Notes under the pieces: model-generated
Told to the model about the DNA's origin: nothing
Seen by the model: the letters and a program-made list of their open reading frames with translations, nothing else
Databases searched by the model: none
Program-made: the position numbers and the translations under genes
DNA from: a virus
IMG/VR virus record: IMGVR_UViG_3300045988_015321
Span: 1 to 46,060 of that record
Strand: one strand, 5' to 3'
DNA length: 46,060 nt
Shown: positions 22,825 to 31,900 of the stretch, piece by piece
Layout: every line of letters begins with the position of its first letter
Numbering within the stretch: position 1 is the first letter of the stretch

Positions 22825-23169
22825 ATGACATTTGGTGAGAAAATCAAACAAGCCAGAACGGCAAAGAAGCTGACCCAGAAACAACTTGCAGAAAAAATCA
22901 ATGCAAAGCACAATTCAATTAGTGACTGGGAAAAAGATAAGTGTAAGCCAGATATGGACACTATTGAACTTCTATGCGGTGTTCTGGAAGTAACACCAAC
23001 ATACCTCATGGGTTCTAAAAGCGATGACGATTATGCAACCATAATTGGAAATCTTATGTCGGAACCTGACATCTTAGATTTTATCGAGGAATACAAAGCA
23101 CTCGATAAAGAAGATAAGAAAGCAATAAAACAAATAGTTTCATCACTAAACAAAAGGAGCAAGGGTTAA
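22825..23169 (+). CDS. cI-like XRE-family repressor
   Basis: FGEKIKQARTAKKLTQKQLAEKINAKHNSISDWEKDK is a canonical HTH_3 motif. 114 aa with SD GGGAGG. Confidence 0.85.
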   Translation: MTFGEKIKQARTAKKLTQKQLAEKINAKHNSISDWEKDKCKPDMDTIELLCGVLEVTPTYLMGSKSDDDYATIIGNLMSEPDILDFIEEYKALDKEDKKAIKQIVSSLNKRSKG

Positions 23170-23282
23170 TCCCCTTGCTTCTTTGATTTTAGATATTTAA
23201 TAAGAATTGTATAGACAAATTTTAATTTGCCCTCATTTTCAGTATTCTCTATCATTTCAATAATTTCTTTCTTGTAATCCAT
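23166..23282 (-). CDS. Small hypothetical ORF (38 aa)
   Basis: Hand-translated as MDYKKEIIEMIENTENEGKLKFVYTILIKYLKSKKQGD, with SD GGAGGT 6 nt upstream. Confidence 0.4.
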   Translation of the reverse strand: MDYKKEIIEMIENTENEGKLKFVYTILIKYLKSKKQGD

Positions 23283-23329
23283 ATTATACCTCCTACCGCA
23301 CAAAAACACTTGCTCTCTTTTACATTGCA

Positions 23330-23662
23330 TTATCTTTGGTACGATAAAGTGGCATCGGCGGACAAATCACCCCTCGCTAGTTGCCAATGATAGACCGGAA
23401 CATTCGTAATATCGAATATAATTTTTACTTTTGCAAAAAGGAAGTTCGCTTTGAGTGGAATTTTTATTGTTTCTATAATACCGTCTGTTTTCAAAATTCC
23501 CTTCGCGTTCCTGGTCAAGGTCGAATGCCTGCACATGTGTTGAGCAGAGTATATGTCAGAATCCTTGTGTACATAATCATCCACGCACATTGGAAGATGG
23601 ATTATATAATTGACAAAAACTATAACCGATATCAAAATTAGTACTTTTTTGACTCTTTTCAT
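23330..23662 (-). CDS. N-terminally membrane-anchored or secreted hypothetical protein (superinfection-exclusion candidate)
   Basis: Signal/TM-like N-terminus MKRVKKVLILISVIVFVNYII. AT-rich gene located in the lysogeny region. Confidence 0.55.
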   Translation of the reverse strand: MKRVKKVLILISVIVFVNYIIHLPMCVDDYVHKDSDIYSAQHMCRHSTLTRNAKGILKTDGIIETIKIPLKANFLFAKVKIIFDITNVPVYHWQLARGDLSADATLSYQR

Positions 23663-23686
23663 TCTAAAATCACCTACAAACGTCTA

Positions 23687-23715
23687 TTTACAACTATATT
23701 GCATGATGCTATAAT
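23687..23715 (+). promoter_or_regulatory. Strong sigma-A-type promoter of the LytTR operon
   Basis: TTTACA, 17-nt spacer, TGc-TATAAT. Confidence 0.6.
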
Positions 23716-23783
23716 CAACTATAACATATAGAATTCTTATTTAACGCAAATGGCGAAAATGACAATTTAAAGGACTGATTTGC

Positions 23784-24488
23784 ATGAAAATTGCGATTTG
23801 TGACGATAATTCTTTACAGATTGATTTTTTTAAGGCTCATATTGATGAGTTTTTGAAAAAGCGCGGAGACAAGAGTTACACGCTAAACACTTATAGTAGT
23901 GGAAAGCCGCTGATTGATGATATAGCAGACGGTCAATGGTACGATATAGTCGTGTTGGATGTGGTCCTTGATAATGAGAATGGCATAAATGTTGCAAGAC
24001 AGCTCAGGAAAAATGGATATAATGGCAACATTGCCTTCTGGACAGCATACAAAAACTATGTATTTGACGCATTGGACGTCTTGCCAGTGCATTACATCAT
24101 CAAAGGCTCTGAGCATGGACGCATGTATTCTGTCGTAGCACACACATTGGAAGATATCCGTGAGAAAGCCTTGACTATCAAAAACCGAGATCACTTCCAT
24201 CGGGTAGAATTCCGTCACATCGAATACATAGAAAGCCGAAATAAATCAATTCTTGTCCACTGTACCTGCGGTATCATACATGTAGTACGTGGAAAGCTGT
24301 CAGATATAGAGCCTCGCCTTGACGGAAGATTTCTCCGTTGTCATCAGAGCTACATCGTAAACATGGATGAAATCAAAGATGCGTCAGATCATTTCGAAAT
24401 GATATCAGGGGATATCGTTCCGATCAGGCAGAGGGAGGCTGCAAAAATAAGGAATCTATATAAGAATTATATCGAAAATTTTGAGTAA
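23784..24488 (+). CDS. LytR/AlgR-family response regulator (REC + LytTR DNA-binding domain), orphan
   Basis: REC residues are present (DD at 7-8, VVLDV acceptor Asp, T, K), and the LytTR pattern is present (IEYIESRNKSILVH...FLRCHQSYIVNMDEI). No histidine kinase is encoded in the genome. Confidence 0.9.
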   Translation: MKIAICDDNSLQIDFFKAHIDEFLKKRGDKSYTLNTYSSGKPLIDDIADGQWYDIVVLDVVLDNENGINVARQLRKNGYNGNIAFWTAYKNYVFDALDVLPVHYIIKGSEHGRMYSVVAHTLEDIREKALTIKNRDHFHRVEFRHIEYIESRNKSILVHCTCGIIHVVRGKLSDIEPRLDGRFLRCHQSYIVNMDEIKDASDHFEMISGDIVPIRQREAAKIRNLYKNYIENFE

Positions 24489-24508
24489 TCGTGTCAAAGG
24501 GGGAAACT

Positions 24509-25405
24509 ATGAAAAAGATACGAAATGTGTTGATGATTATTTGGACTGCATTCATTGTGCTGATGATTGTGGCTTTGATGAGTTCAAACGATCTTTCATC
24601 GGACAATATTATGGTCGTTGTTGTACTTGAGACATTTGGAATTGCTGTTTTGTATCTTATTTTTGCACTTTTGCTGTCTATTAAAAATAAGGTTCAAAAA
24701 CCTGCAATATCAAATAATTCCGTAGCAACCCAGCCGGCGGTTGTAGAAAAACCTGTTCGAGTATTGAATCTGAGAGTTATATCCGGTAAGGAGGATTTTG
24801 AGCTTGGTTCCAAACACACAAGATTTGATTTGAAGCAATGGAAAGATGGATCTGTTACAGTGTCAGATGCTCCAACCAAATATGAACTTTTCGACTATGA
24901 ATGGAACGGGTCGGAATACAGAACAGTAGAAAAGACAACTACAACATCTCACACTAAAGGGAAAAGTAAAGAAAAAACAAAACGAAAAGGAAGATTAGCT
25001 GGTGCTGTTATTGGTACGGCTGCTACAGCTGTCACGCTTGGAAACCCTGTTGTCGGTGCAGCTGTCGGTGCAGCTGTTGGAACCGGAAAGAAAACTAAAG
25101 GAAAGAATAATTCCACTACTACTGGAACTGCTACCACAACAAGTGATAACATTGAAGTGGATTCTTATGCATCTATGAAAATGCGGAATATCGAAACCAA
25201 TCAAATAAATATTATTGGATTCCGCTGTAGTTCAAATATAGATATGCAGTTAAAGAGTTTCAATATTTCCAAAAGCTCTGATGCTGTTGAAAATGTTCGA
25301 AATCAGAAAACATCCGTTGAACTACTGAAGGATTACAAAGAGCTTTTAGATAGCGGTATTATTACTCAAGAAGAATTTGACCAGAAAAAATCAGAACTTT
25401 TATAA
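24509..25405 (+). CDS. Membrane protein with a glycine-zipper segment and a C-terminal SHOCT domain
   Basis: Two N-terminal TM helices, a glycine-zipper segment GAVIGTAATAVTLGNPVVGAAVGAAVGTG, and a C-terminus LLKDYKELLDSGIITQEEFDQKKSELL that matches SHOCT. SD GGGGGA precedes the ATG at 24509. Confidence 0.8.
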   Translation: MKKIRNVLMIIWTAFIVLMIVALMSSNDLSSDNIMVVVVLETFGIAVLYLIFALLLSIKNKVQKPAISNNSVATQPAVVEKPVRVLNLRVISGKEDFELGSKHTRFDLKQWKDGSVTVSDAPTKYELFDYEWNGSEYRTVEKTTTTSHTKGKSKEKTKRKGRLAGAVIGTAATAVTLGNPVVGAAVGAAVGTGKKTKGKNNSTTTGTATTTSDNIEVDSYASMKMRNIETNQINIIGFRCSSNIDMQLKSFNISKSSDAVENVRNQKTSVELLKDYKELLDSGIITQEEFDQKKSELL

Positions 25406-25409
25406 AAAG

Positions 25410-25444
25410 AACCGGCTCCTGCTACCAACGGGAACCGGTTTTTA
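25410..25444 (+). terminator. Terminator after the LytTR/SHOCT operon
   Basis: AACCGG...CCGGTT stem followed by TTTTT. Confidence 0.55.
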
Positions 25445-25578
25445 AAAAAAAGAAAAATATTTTTACGTTCCGCAAAGCATAACGAAGTGAAACGTATCGC
25501 CTGACAAGTCATATTGTATCATCTTCGGTGTGTTCGGACAAGTCAGAAAGTTTGTTCGGTTAATAAGGAGGAAAAGAA

Positions 25579-26688
25579 ATGGCAACTGCAAAAAAACTGC
25601 CATCTGGCTCATGGAGATGTCAGGTATTCAGTCACATCGAAGAAATCCCGTTATCAGACGGGACTATCAAAAAGAAAAGGGTTTATAAATCTTTTACATG
25701 TTCAGATCCTAGCAAAAAAGGGAAGCGAATCTGTGAGCAAATGGCTGCCGAATGGGCAGCAAAAAAAGAAAGTGAAGTATTGACTGCGCGATATGTTCCA
25801 CCAGAAGATATGACATTAAAAGAGGCATGTAATAAATACATAGAAAGCAGAACAGGTGTTTTATCCCCTGGAACTATTAGAGAATATAAGCGATCTGTCA
25901 AAAGAGACATGGCTAAACTTATGTCATTAAATATAATGGAAATCACTCAAGAGGATGTTCAAGCTGAAATGAATCGTGAAGCACTTACTCATTCGCCAAA
26001 AACTGTGTACAATATGCATGGCTTTCTTTCTACTGTCTTGAAGACTTATCGTTCGGATTTCATCTTAAGAACTTCCTTACCTAAAAAGGTAAGACCGAAA
26101 ATCTATGTACCTACATCTGCCGAAGTCAAAAAGGTAATTGAATGTACTGTAGGTAGTGAATTAGAGATACCTGTTCTTCTGGCAGCGTTCGGTCCGATGA
26201 GGCGGTCAGAAATCTGTGCGCTTAATTCTGATCATATCAAGCAGAACATAGTACATGTCGAATATGCTATGGTTATGAATGATTCTCATGGTTGGGTTAT
26301 CAAAAGACCAAAATCTTTTGCTGGTGACAGATTCATTTCATATCCAGGTTTTGTTGCAGATAAATTAAAAGGAATACATGGGAAAATAACAAATTTGAAC
26401 CCATCGCAAATATCCGACAGATTTTCAGATCTGTTAGATGACAATCAGATTCATCATTTTCGATTCCATGATTTACGTCATTATTGTGCATCTGAACTTC
26501 ATTCACTCGGTATTCCAGATGTATATATTATGCAGCGCGGCGGTTGGGAGGATGATACCACATTAAAAAATGTATATCGGCACGTTCTGGTTGATCGAGA
26601 AAAAGAGATGAATGAAATTGGGAATGATTATTTTTCCAAGCTATGCAACACAAAATGCAACACGAAAAAAGAAAGTGCTGAAAAATAG
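25579..26688 (+). CDS. int: Tyrosine recombinase / phage integrase
   Basis: Catalytic-region motifs are present: MRRSEICAL (Arg), HDLRHYCAS (H-x-x-R), GGWEDDTTLKNVYRH (Tyr). SD AAGGAGG. Confidence 0.95.
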   Translation: MATAKKLPSGSWRCQVFSHIEEIPLSDGTIKKKRVYKSFTCSDPSKKGKRICEQMAAEWAAKKESEVLTARYVPPEDMTLKEACNKYIESRTGVLSPGTIREYKRSVKRDMAKLMSLNIMEITQEDVQAEMNREALTHSPKTVYNMHGFLSTVLKTYRSDFILRTSLPKKVRPKIYVPTSAEVKKVIECTVGSELEIPVLLAAFGPMRRSEICALNSDHIKQNIVHVEYAMVMNDSHGWVIKRPKSFAGDRFISYPGFVADKLKGIHGKITNLNPSQISDRFSDLLDDNQIHHFRFHDLRHYCASELHSLGIPDVYIMQRGGWEDDTTLKNVYRHVLVDREKEMNEIGNDYFSKLCNTKCNTKKESAEK

Positions 26689-26883
26689 CGTATATTAGGA
26701 TTTTTCTTGCAGGTTCAAGTCCTGTCATCCGCATTTTTTATGCAGTACTTGTATTTACTAGGATTGCCAAGAAATCAAGTATTTTCAATGCTTACAGCAA
26801 TTTTAAATTAGCTCATAAAATATGTTATTTTGCCAGTTTTGGCATAAAAAAGAAGAACTATGCAACACGAAATGCAACACGAA
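26641..26883. other. attP region: tRNA 3'-end mimic core flanked by arm-type repeats
   Basis: Positions 26709-26733 read GCAGG-TTCAAGT-CCTGT-CATCCGC-A (T-arm, 3' acceptor strand, discriminator). The 26-bp repeat ctatgcaacacRaaatgcaacacgaa occurs at 26641-26666 and 26858-26883, each being 2 x ATGCAACACRAA. Confidence 0.75.
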
Positions 26884-26938
26884 TTTGATACAATATGTAA
26901 AAAACAGCCCCAAGGAATAATTTCCAAGGGGCTTAAAT

Positions 26939-27742
26939 TTATGCTTTTTTGATGTATTTTGCAGAAACAAATCCAAAATATTTTCCGGCAATGCGGATAT
27001 AGTACCAAGATGCTCCATCTTTGGCTTTAATGGTATCGCATACATCAACTAAATTGCCTTTTGCAAGTGTAGGATAGCTTTTAAGCTGTGCATACTCTGT
27101 TCCTGCCCATGTGCGGACATTAAGTGTATTTGCAGTTACCTTTCCCACCCACTTCGGAGTTTTAGACAGAATAGTTGGCGTTGAAAGCGTACTTGCTTTT
27201 GCGCCAGTGGTAACAGCGATAGCCACGTGGTGGTTATCATTCAGGAGGATATCTCCTGCCTTTAGATAGTCACCGGATGTCAGATACTTTCTATCCGTCA
27301 GTACTTTCGCACCGGCAGCCTTCATTGCAGCTCTCATGTTCCGTGTCGTCAGATAGATGCTGACCGCTTTGAGCCTTGCATTATTTAAGCGATACCCAGC
27401 CCCTTTGACAATAGCTGCTGTACTTGCGCTGCAATCAGATTCGCAAGCTACCGTGATCTGTGCTGGATCGTAGTTACTTGCCTTTAAGTGCTGCCAGAAT
27501 GAATACCGGTCATTGCTGTTTCCGGAAGTACCCTGATCGTACCCAATGAGATTGTTCTGTGCCGCTTTTGTCGCCATGTCTGCGATCATGGCTGCGATTT
27601 TAGCGTCATTGAATCTTAGAACACAGAACCACGGTCTGCTGTACCAGTTCATAATCTGATATTCTGTACCAGTCTGATCTCCTGCTTTCCCACCTGCATA
27701 TCTTCCGTGTTCATCATGTCCGCAGTTACTGATTTTTACCAT
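26939..27742 (-). CDS. Endolysin 2: NlpC/P60/CHAP-like cysteine peptidase with a C-terminal SH3 domain
   Basis: Candidate catalytic Cys (ESDCSAS) and His (DNHHVAIAV). SH3-like C-terminus VTANTLNVRTWAGTEY...WYYIRIAGKYFGFVSAKYI. Confidence 0.8.
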   Translation of the reverse strand: MVKISNCGHDEHGRYAGGKAGDQTGTEYQIMNWYSRPWFCVLRFNDAKIAAMIADMATKAAQNNLIGYDQGTSGNSNDRYSFWQHLKASNYDPAQITVACESDCSASTAAIVKGAGYRLNNARLKAVSIYLTTRNMRAAMKAAGAKVLTDRKYLTSGDYLKAGDILLNDNHHVAIAVTTGAKASTLSTPTILSKTPKWVGKVTANTLNVRTWAGTEYAQLKSYPTLAKGNLVDVCDTIKAKDGASWYYIRIAGKYFGFVSAKYIKKA

Positions 27743-27751
27743 TTTAGTTCC

Positions 27752-28360
27752 TCATTTCTGCATCGTTCCTCTATAGTCCTTGTAGAACACATCCATGTCA
27801 ACATTTCCGCTGATTCCTGGAACTTTTCCTTTACGGGAATACTGCCAGCCTACACCGACATTCGGACGCAATCTTTCCTGCACAGAACCATTGTCGCTTG
27901 CCGGATAACGAGCAATCCAACAATCATACTGCTTCAAAGCATCTGACAGAACGTTATTATACCAGTCCAGATTACAGTAGATACCGGCCTTATAACCAGC
28001 TTTCTTGATTCTGGTCAGAAACGCTACTGCAATATTCTCGATAGCCTGTTTTCCGAGACTTCTTTGCTGTGCCCATTCCAGATCGTAGAATACTGGAAAG
28101 TCCAGTCCACGTCCACCAAGAACGGAAATTACGTTCTCAGCTTCGTCAATCGCCTGTGCCGGTGTTAAAGCGTAACTGTATTTGTATCCTCCGATAAGAA
28201 TTCCATTGGATTTACAGCCCTTGTAGTTGTGTTCAAAGGATGCATCAATTCCAGATTTCTGATAGATTCTTAATATTGCAAACTTAACTCCAGAATTCGA
28301 TACTTTTGCCCAATCCGGTTTTCCTTGAAAAGACGATACGTCAATTCCTTTAATTTCCAT
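27752..28360 (-). CDS. Endolysin 1: GH25 muramidase
   Basis: GIDVSSFQGKPDWAKVSNSGVKFAILRI is the canonical GH25 N-terminus. Confidence 0.9.
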   Translation of the reverse strand: MEIKGIDVSSFQGKPDWAKVSNSGVKFAILRIYQKSGIDASFEHNYKGCKSNGILIGGYKYSYALTPAQAIDEAENVISVLGGRGLDFPVFYDLEWAQQRSLGKQAIENIAVAFLTRIKKAGYKAGIYCNLDWYNNVLSDALKQYDCWIARYPASDNGSVQERLRPNVGVGWQYSRKGKVPGISGNVDMDVFYKDYRGTMQK

Positions 28361-28492
28361 ATTTTATCAACTCCTTTCATGATTCCATGAAACATATTTG
28401 TGGTGGCTATAGCGTACAGATTTCACACTCCATTGGTAGCTTTTTATGAAATTTTTAATGAACTAAATGGGAAGACCAAGAATTAGCTACTG

Positions 28493-28978
28493 TTAATCGA
28501 CTATATTATTTGCGAAGTCTTTCCATTTTGCCCAATTAGCCATTTTCCAGACTGGCTTCACTTCTTCCGGAAATAATACGATTTTGCATGAATTTGAATT
28601 ACGGTAAAAAATAATTCCAGATCCATATTTATATTTCTCACCAATAGGAAGATCATTCCCTGCATAGTTAGCACCAGAGAGGTGGAACAGAATGCACGTG
28701 CCAGATGAAGCTTTGCTTATCAAAGCCTGTATATTGGTCACGTTTTCTTCCAAGGCAAGCTTTGAGGTTTTACTATTTAATTCATTTAAAGCCCCCACCA
28801 CGGACTTGTTATTGGTCTGCAAATTACTGATGACCGCATTGGTCAGTTTTCCAACAATCCAGTTCCAGATTCCGCTGAATGGTGAAAGTTTGTTTGTTTT
28901 TGATGCAGCATCATAGAGCATTAAGGTATCTGCATCTTCTGGAGTTGCCTTTACTGTGTATTCATTAAATTTTGCCAT
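28493..28978 (-). CDS. Putative tail-fibre / receptor-binding accessory protein
   Basis: NKSVVGALNEL is a fibre-like motif. The gene sits directly after the large tail protein and is AT-rich. Confidence 0.55.
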   Translation of the reverse strand: MAKFNEYTVKATPEDADTLMLYDAASKTNKLSPFSGIWNWIVGKLTNAVISNLQTNNKSVVGALNELNSKTSKLALEENVTNIQALISKASSGTCILFHLSGANYAGNDLPIGEKYKYGSGIIFYRNSNSCKIVLFPEEVKPVWKMANWAKWKDFANNIVD

Positions 28979-28979
28979 A

Positions 28980-31900
28980 TTAATTCTCCTTTTCTATATT
29001 GAGCTTTTTATAGAGCTGATTAATTAGTTTCTCCTGTCGGTCAAGCTGTTCTTTCTGGCTTTTAATCATCGCAAACATAGCCGGTATCATGATACGTTCG
29101 TTCCAGTCTTCGACCAGTCCATTTGCGTGTCTGGTGGCTTCTGGAAAATATTCTTCTACGTCTTCGGCAATAAACATCGGGATATATCTGCCTTCATTCT
29201 CGTCCCCTTTAACTAGATATCCCTCTTTATATTTCGCCCAAAGTGGTTCAATATTGTACCATTCTTCAATTTCTTGCTCTGAAATATCGTTTCCAATGTC
29301 TTTATAGCGCTTTGAAGATGAAGATTTCAGCATCAGCTGTTTGTATCCTGTACGTCCATCCCAACAAATAGTATTTGATGATGTCGTATACTCCATGTTT
29401 TCTATCTTTGGCGATTTTGCAAAAGATGCAGAATTAGTAACAGTTAAATCTCCAAATGTACCGGTATCAGCCGATACTTCTGTTGCACTAATATTAAGCT
29501 CTTCGGCAGTCCAGTCGATTCCCCACGCCGTTTCAACGTATTCAATGTCCGCAGTGCTGCTAAAGTATTTTTCGGCACTAACAGGATTTATTCCAGTATC
29601 TGAAAAACAAATTCCTGTATATTTCATGCGCGTAGAATTTTCTTCATAGCTTGTAAATGCAGTGTAGCCTGAGTAATCTATCAGTCCCTTCACGGTGCCT
29701 TTTTTATCTTTAATCTTTAGGTATCCGTTGCCGTTTTTGGCTCCACCTAGAATTGCGGCGTTTCCCATCAATGCGTCTAAACTGATGTACAGATGTCCAT
29801 TCAGATAGTAGAGACCTTTAAATTCTCCGTCATTGGACAATATCTCAACAATCTGCTCCTGCGTAAGCATGCCAACGTCAACAGCAACCTGCCATGTCTG
29901 CTGATCGGCGATTTTAGTTCTTCCGGAATCCGTATAAATTGTTGCACGTATCATTCCGTCAGCACCAAGAGAATAGCTATCTAGATTAATAGTTATTCCA
30001 CTGGTCTGTACATTAAAGGCCAGTTTTGTCCATGTTTTTCCGGAATTTTTGCTGTATTCTACTACCCACCAGGTTTTAAAAGTTGCTTCATCACCCTGTC
30101 CATCTCTGTAATACGCATGAACCTTGAATGGATTAGGAGTTATTTTCTTATCCTGTCCCATCATCAGGACTCCTGCGTTGGCCCTCAGATAATACGTTCT
30201 TCCCGGAGTACCGTCGTTACCTTTAATCTTTGTCCAACTATACTTAGCTGGGTCAGTGCTATCATCTGGTAAGTAATCTGTGTACTGACCGATATACAGC
30301 TTATCGACACTGTTATCTACTGAGAATTCAGTCTTTCCATCCGCACTGTTCGCATAGGCAATATGGAAATAAGGCGTTTTACCATCGGTTCCAGGTTTCC
30401 CCGGCACGCCCTGTGCTCCGTTTGCGCCCTTAACCAATGTCCATGCGTACTTTTCCGGGTTAGTGGAATCCTGTTCTTCGAAGTCCACGTACATGCCGAT
30501 ATATTCACGGTTTGGATTATCGACTGAGAAATCTGTTTTTCCATCAGCACTATTCGCATAAGCGAGATGAGTGTATTGAGTCAGCCCGTCAGTTCCTTTG
30601 TACCGTGACCATTCATAGTCACTTGGATTCGTACTGTCTACTTCTGCACTTTCTTTTAGGAATCCGACATAAAATGCTTCACCACTTGTATAAATAATGT
30701 CACCAGTTGAATCGCTTATTATATTTCCGGCACTGTCAAGTAATTTTACATACTTCGGATTATCCGACATATCGGTGCCATCCGGCATAGACGCATAACG
30801 AATGGTCGGTGTTTTTCCTGGAATACCTTTATCACCTTCGAGTCCTTGCTTCTGTTTAGAAATTGTGAATCTTTTTACTACTGCCAGATTGATTAGATAC
30901 ACCGCTTTAATGTCTACCCAGCCATCGTCCGCACTTAATCCAGTAACCGTATATGTATGAGTGGATTCATCCCACGAACCAGTTACACTGTCTGATTTTG
31001 TAATGGTATAGCTACAATCATTTGTGATATCTGACGAGCCGTACATAACTTTCGCTGTAGTTGCCACTGTTGGAAATACCGGAATGTTGCCGTCTGCGTC
31101 AGATGTGATCGTCTGCATATCGTTCGACAGCTGGAATGTCATATTCTTGGCATCCGCAATATTGTTGTCCATTTTTGTCAGTTTATCCGGCAAAGAACTG
31201 TCACCAATTACAACATTATCACCACTGATGATTACTTTTTTGGTGTCCATATCAACCTGGAAGATTATGTTTCCATCGCTATCTCTGACAGTCAGTGCGC
31301 CTGTGTCAATATAATCAGCATTGATACCATGTGCGTACAGAATTTTTGCTATCAAATCGCCTGTCAGAAAGAAACCGTAAGGATATGTTTTGCCACCATC
31401 ATTGGATACGCCAATGGCTTCTGCTGTGAATTTAATTACATTTTTTGATTCTGCGAGTGTAAGCTTGTCATGCAGATATGTGATAGTACTGCCATCTTCC
31501 TGTGTGACTGATGTTTCATATAATCCAGAAGAATTTTTTAAGGTTTCTTCTAATTTCTCTACTGCTTTTTCTCTGGCCGTTTTTTCTTTTTTTACAAGAC
31601 GCCTTGCCTCTACAATTGCCTTAGTGGATTCTGACTGGAACTTGCTCATTCCTCTGATCGGATCATCGGCTTGAGTTTTTACAGTGGTCTTTCCATTAAC
31701 GGAACAAGAAACGTCCGTCAGCGGAGTTATATATTTGTTCCATTTGCGATCATAAGTATATGCCATATCTCCAAACTCAATGAGTGGGTTATATACAAGT
31801 TCTCCCGACATGTTACGGAATTTAGCTCCAATTATGGAATCACCGATTTGAGCAGCTACCGTGTCCAAGTCCGAATCCGCAACAAGGTCGTTCTCCAATT

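Noticed and set aside
25514-25783. 89-aa plus-strand ORF overlapping the integrase start.
   Set aside because: It is in a different frame from the integrase and has no SD. The integrase ATG at 25579 has AAGGAGG at ideal spacing.
26528-26734. 68-aa minus-strand ORF beginning MRMTGLEPARK.
   Set aside because: The TGLEPA string is the classic translation artefact of a tRNA T-arm read on the reverse strand. The region is the attP core and the integrase 3' end.
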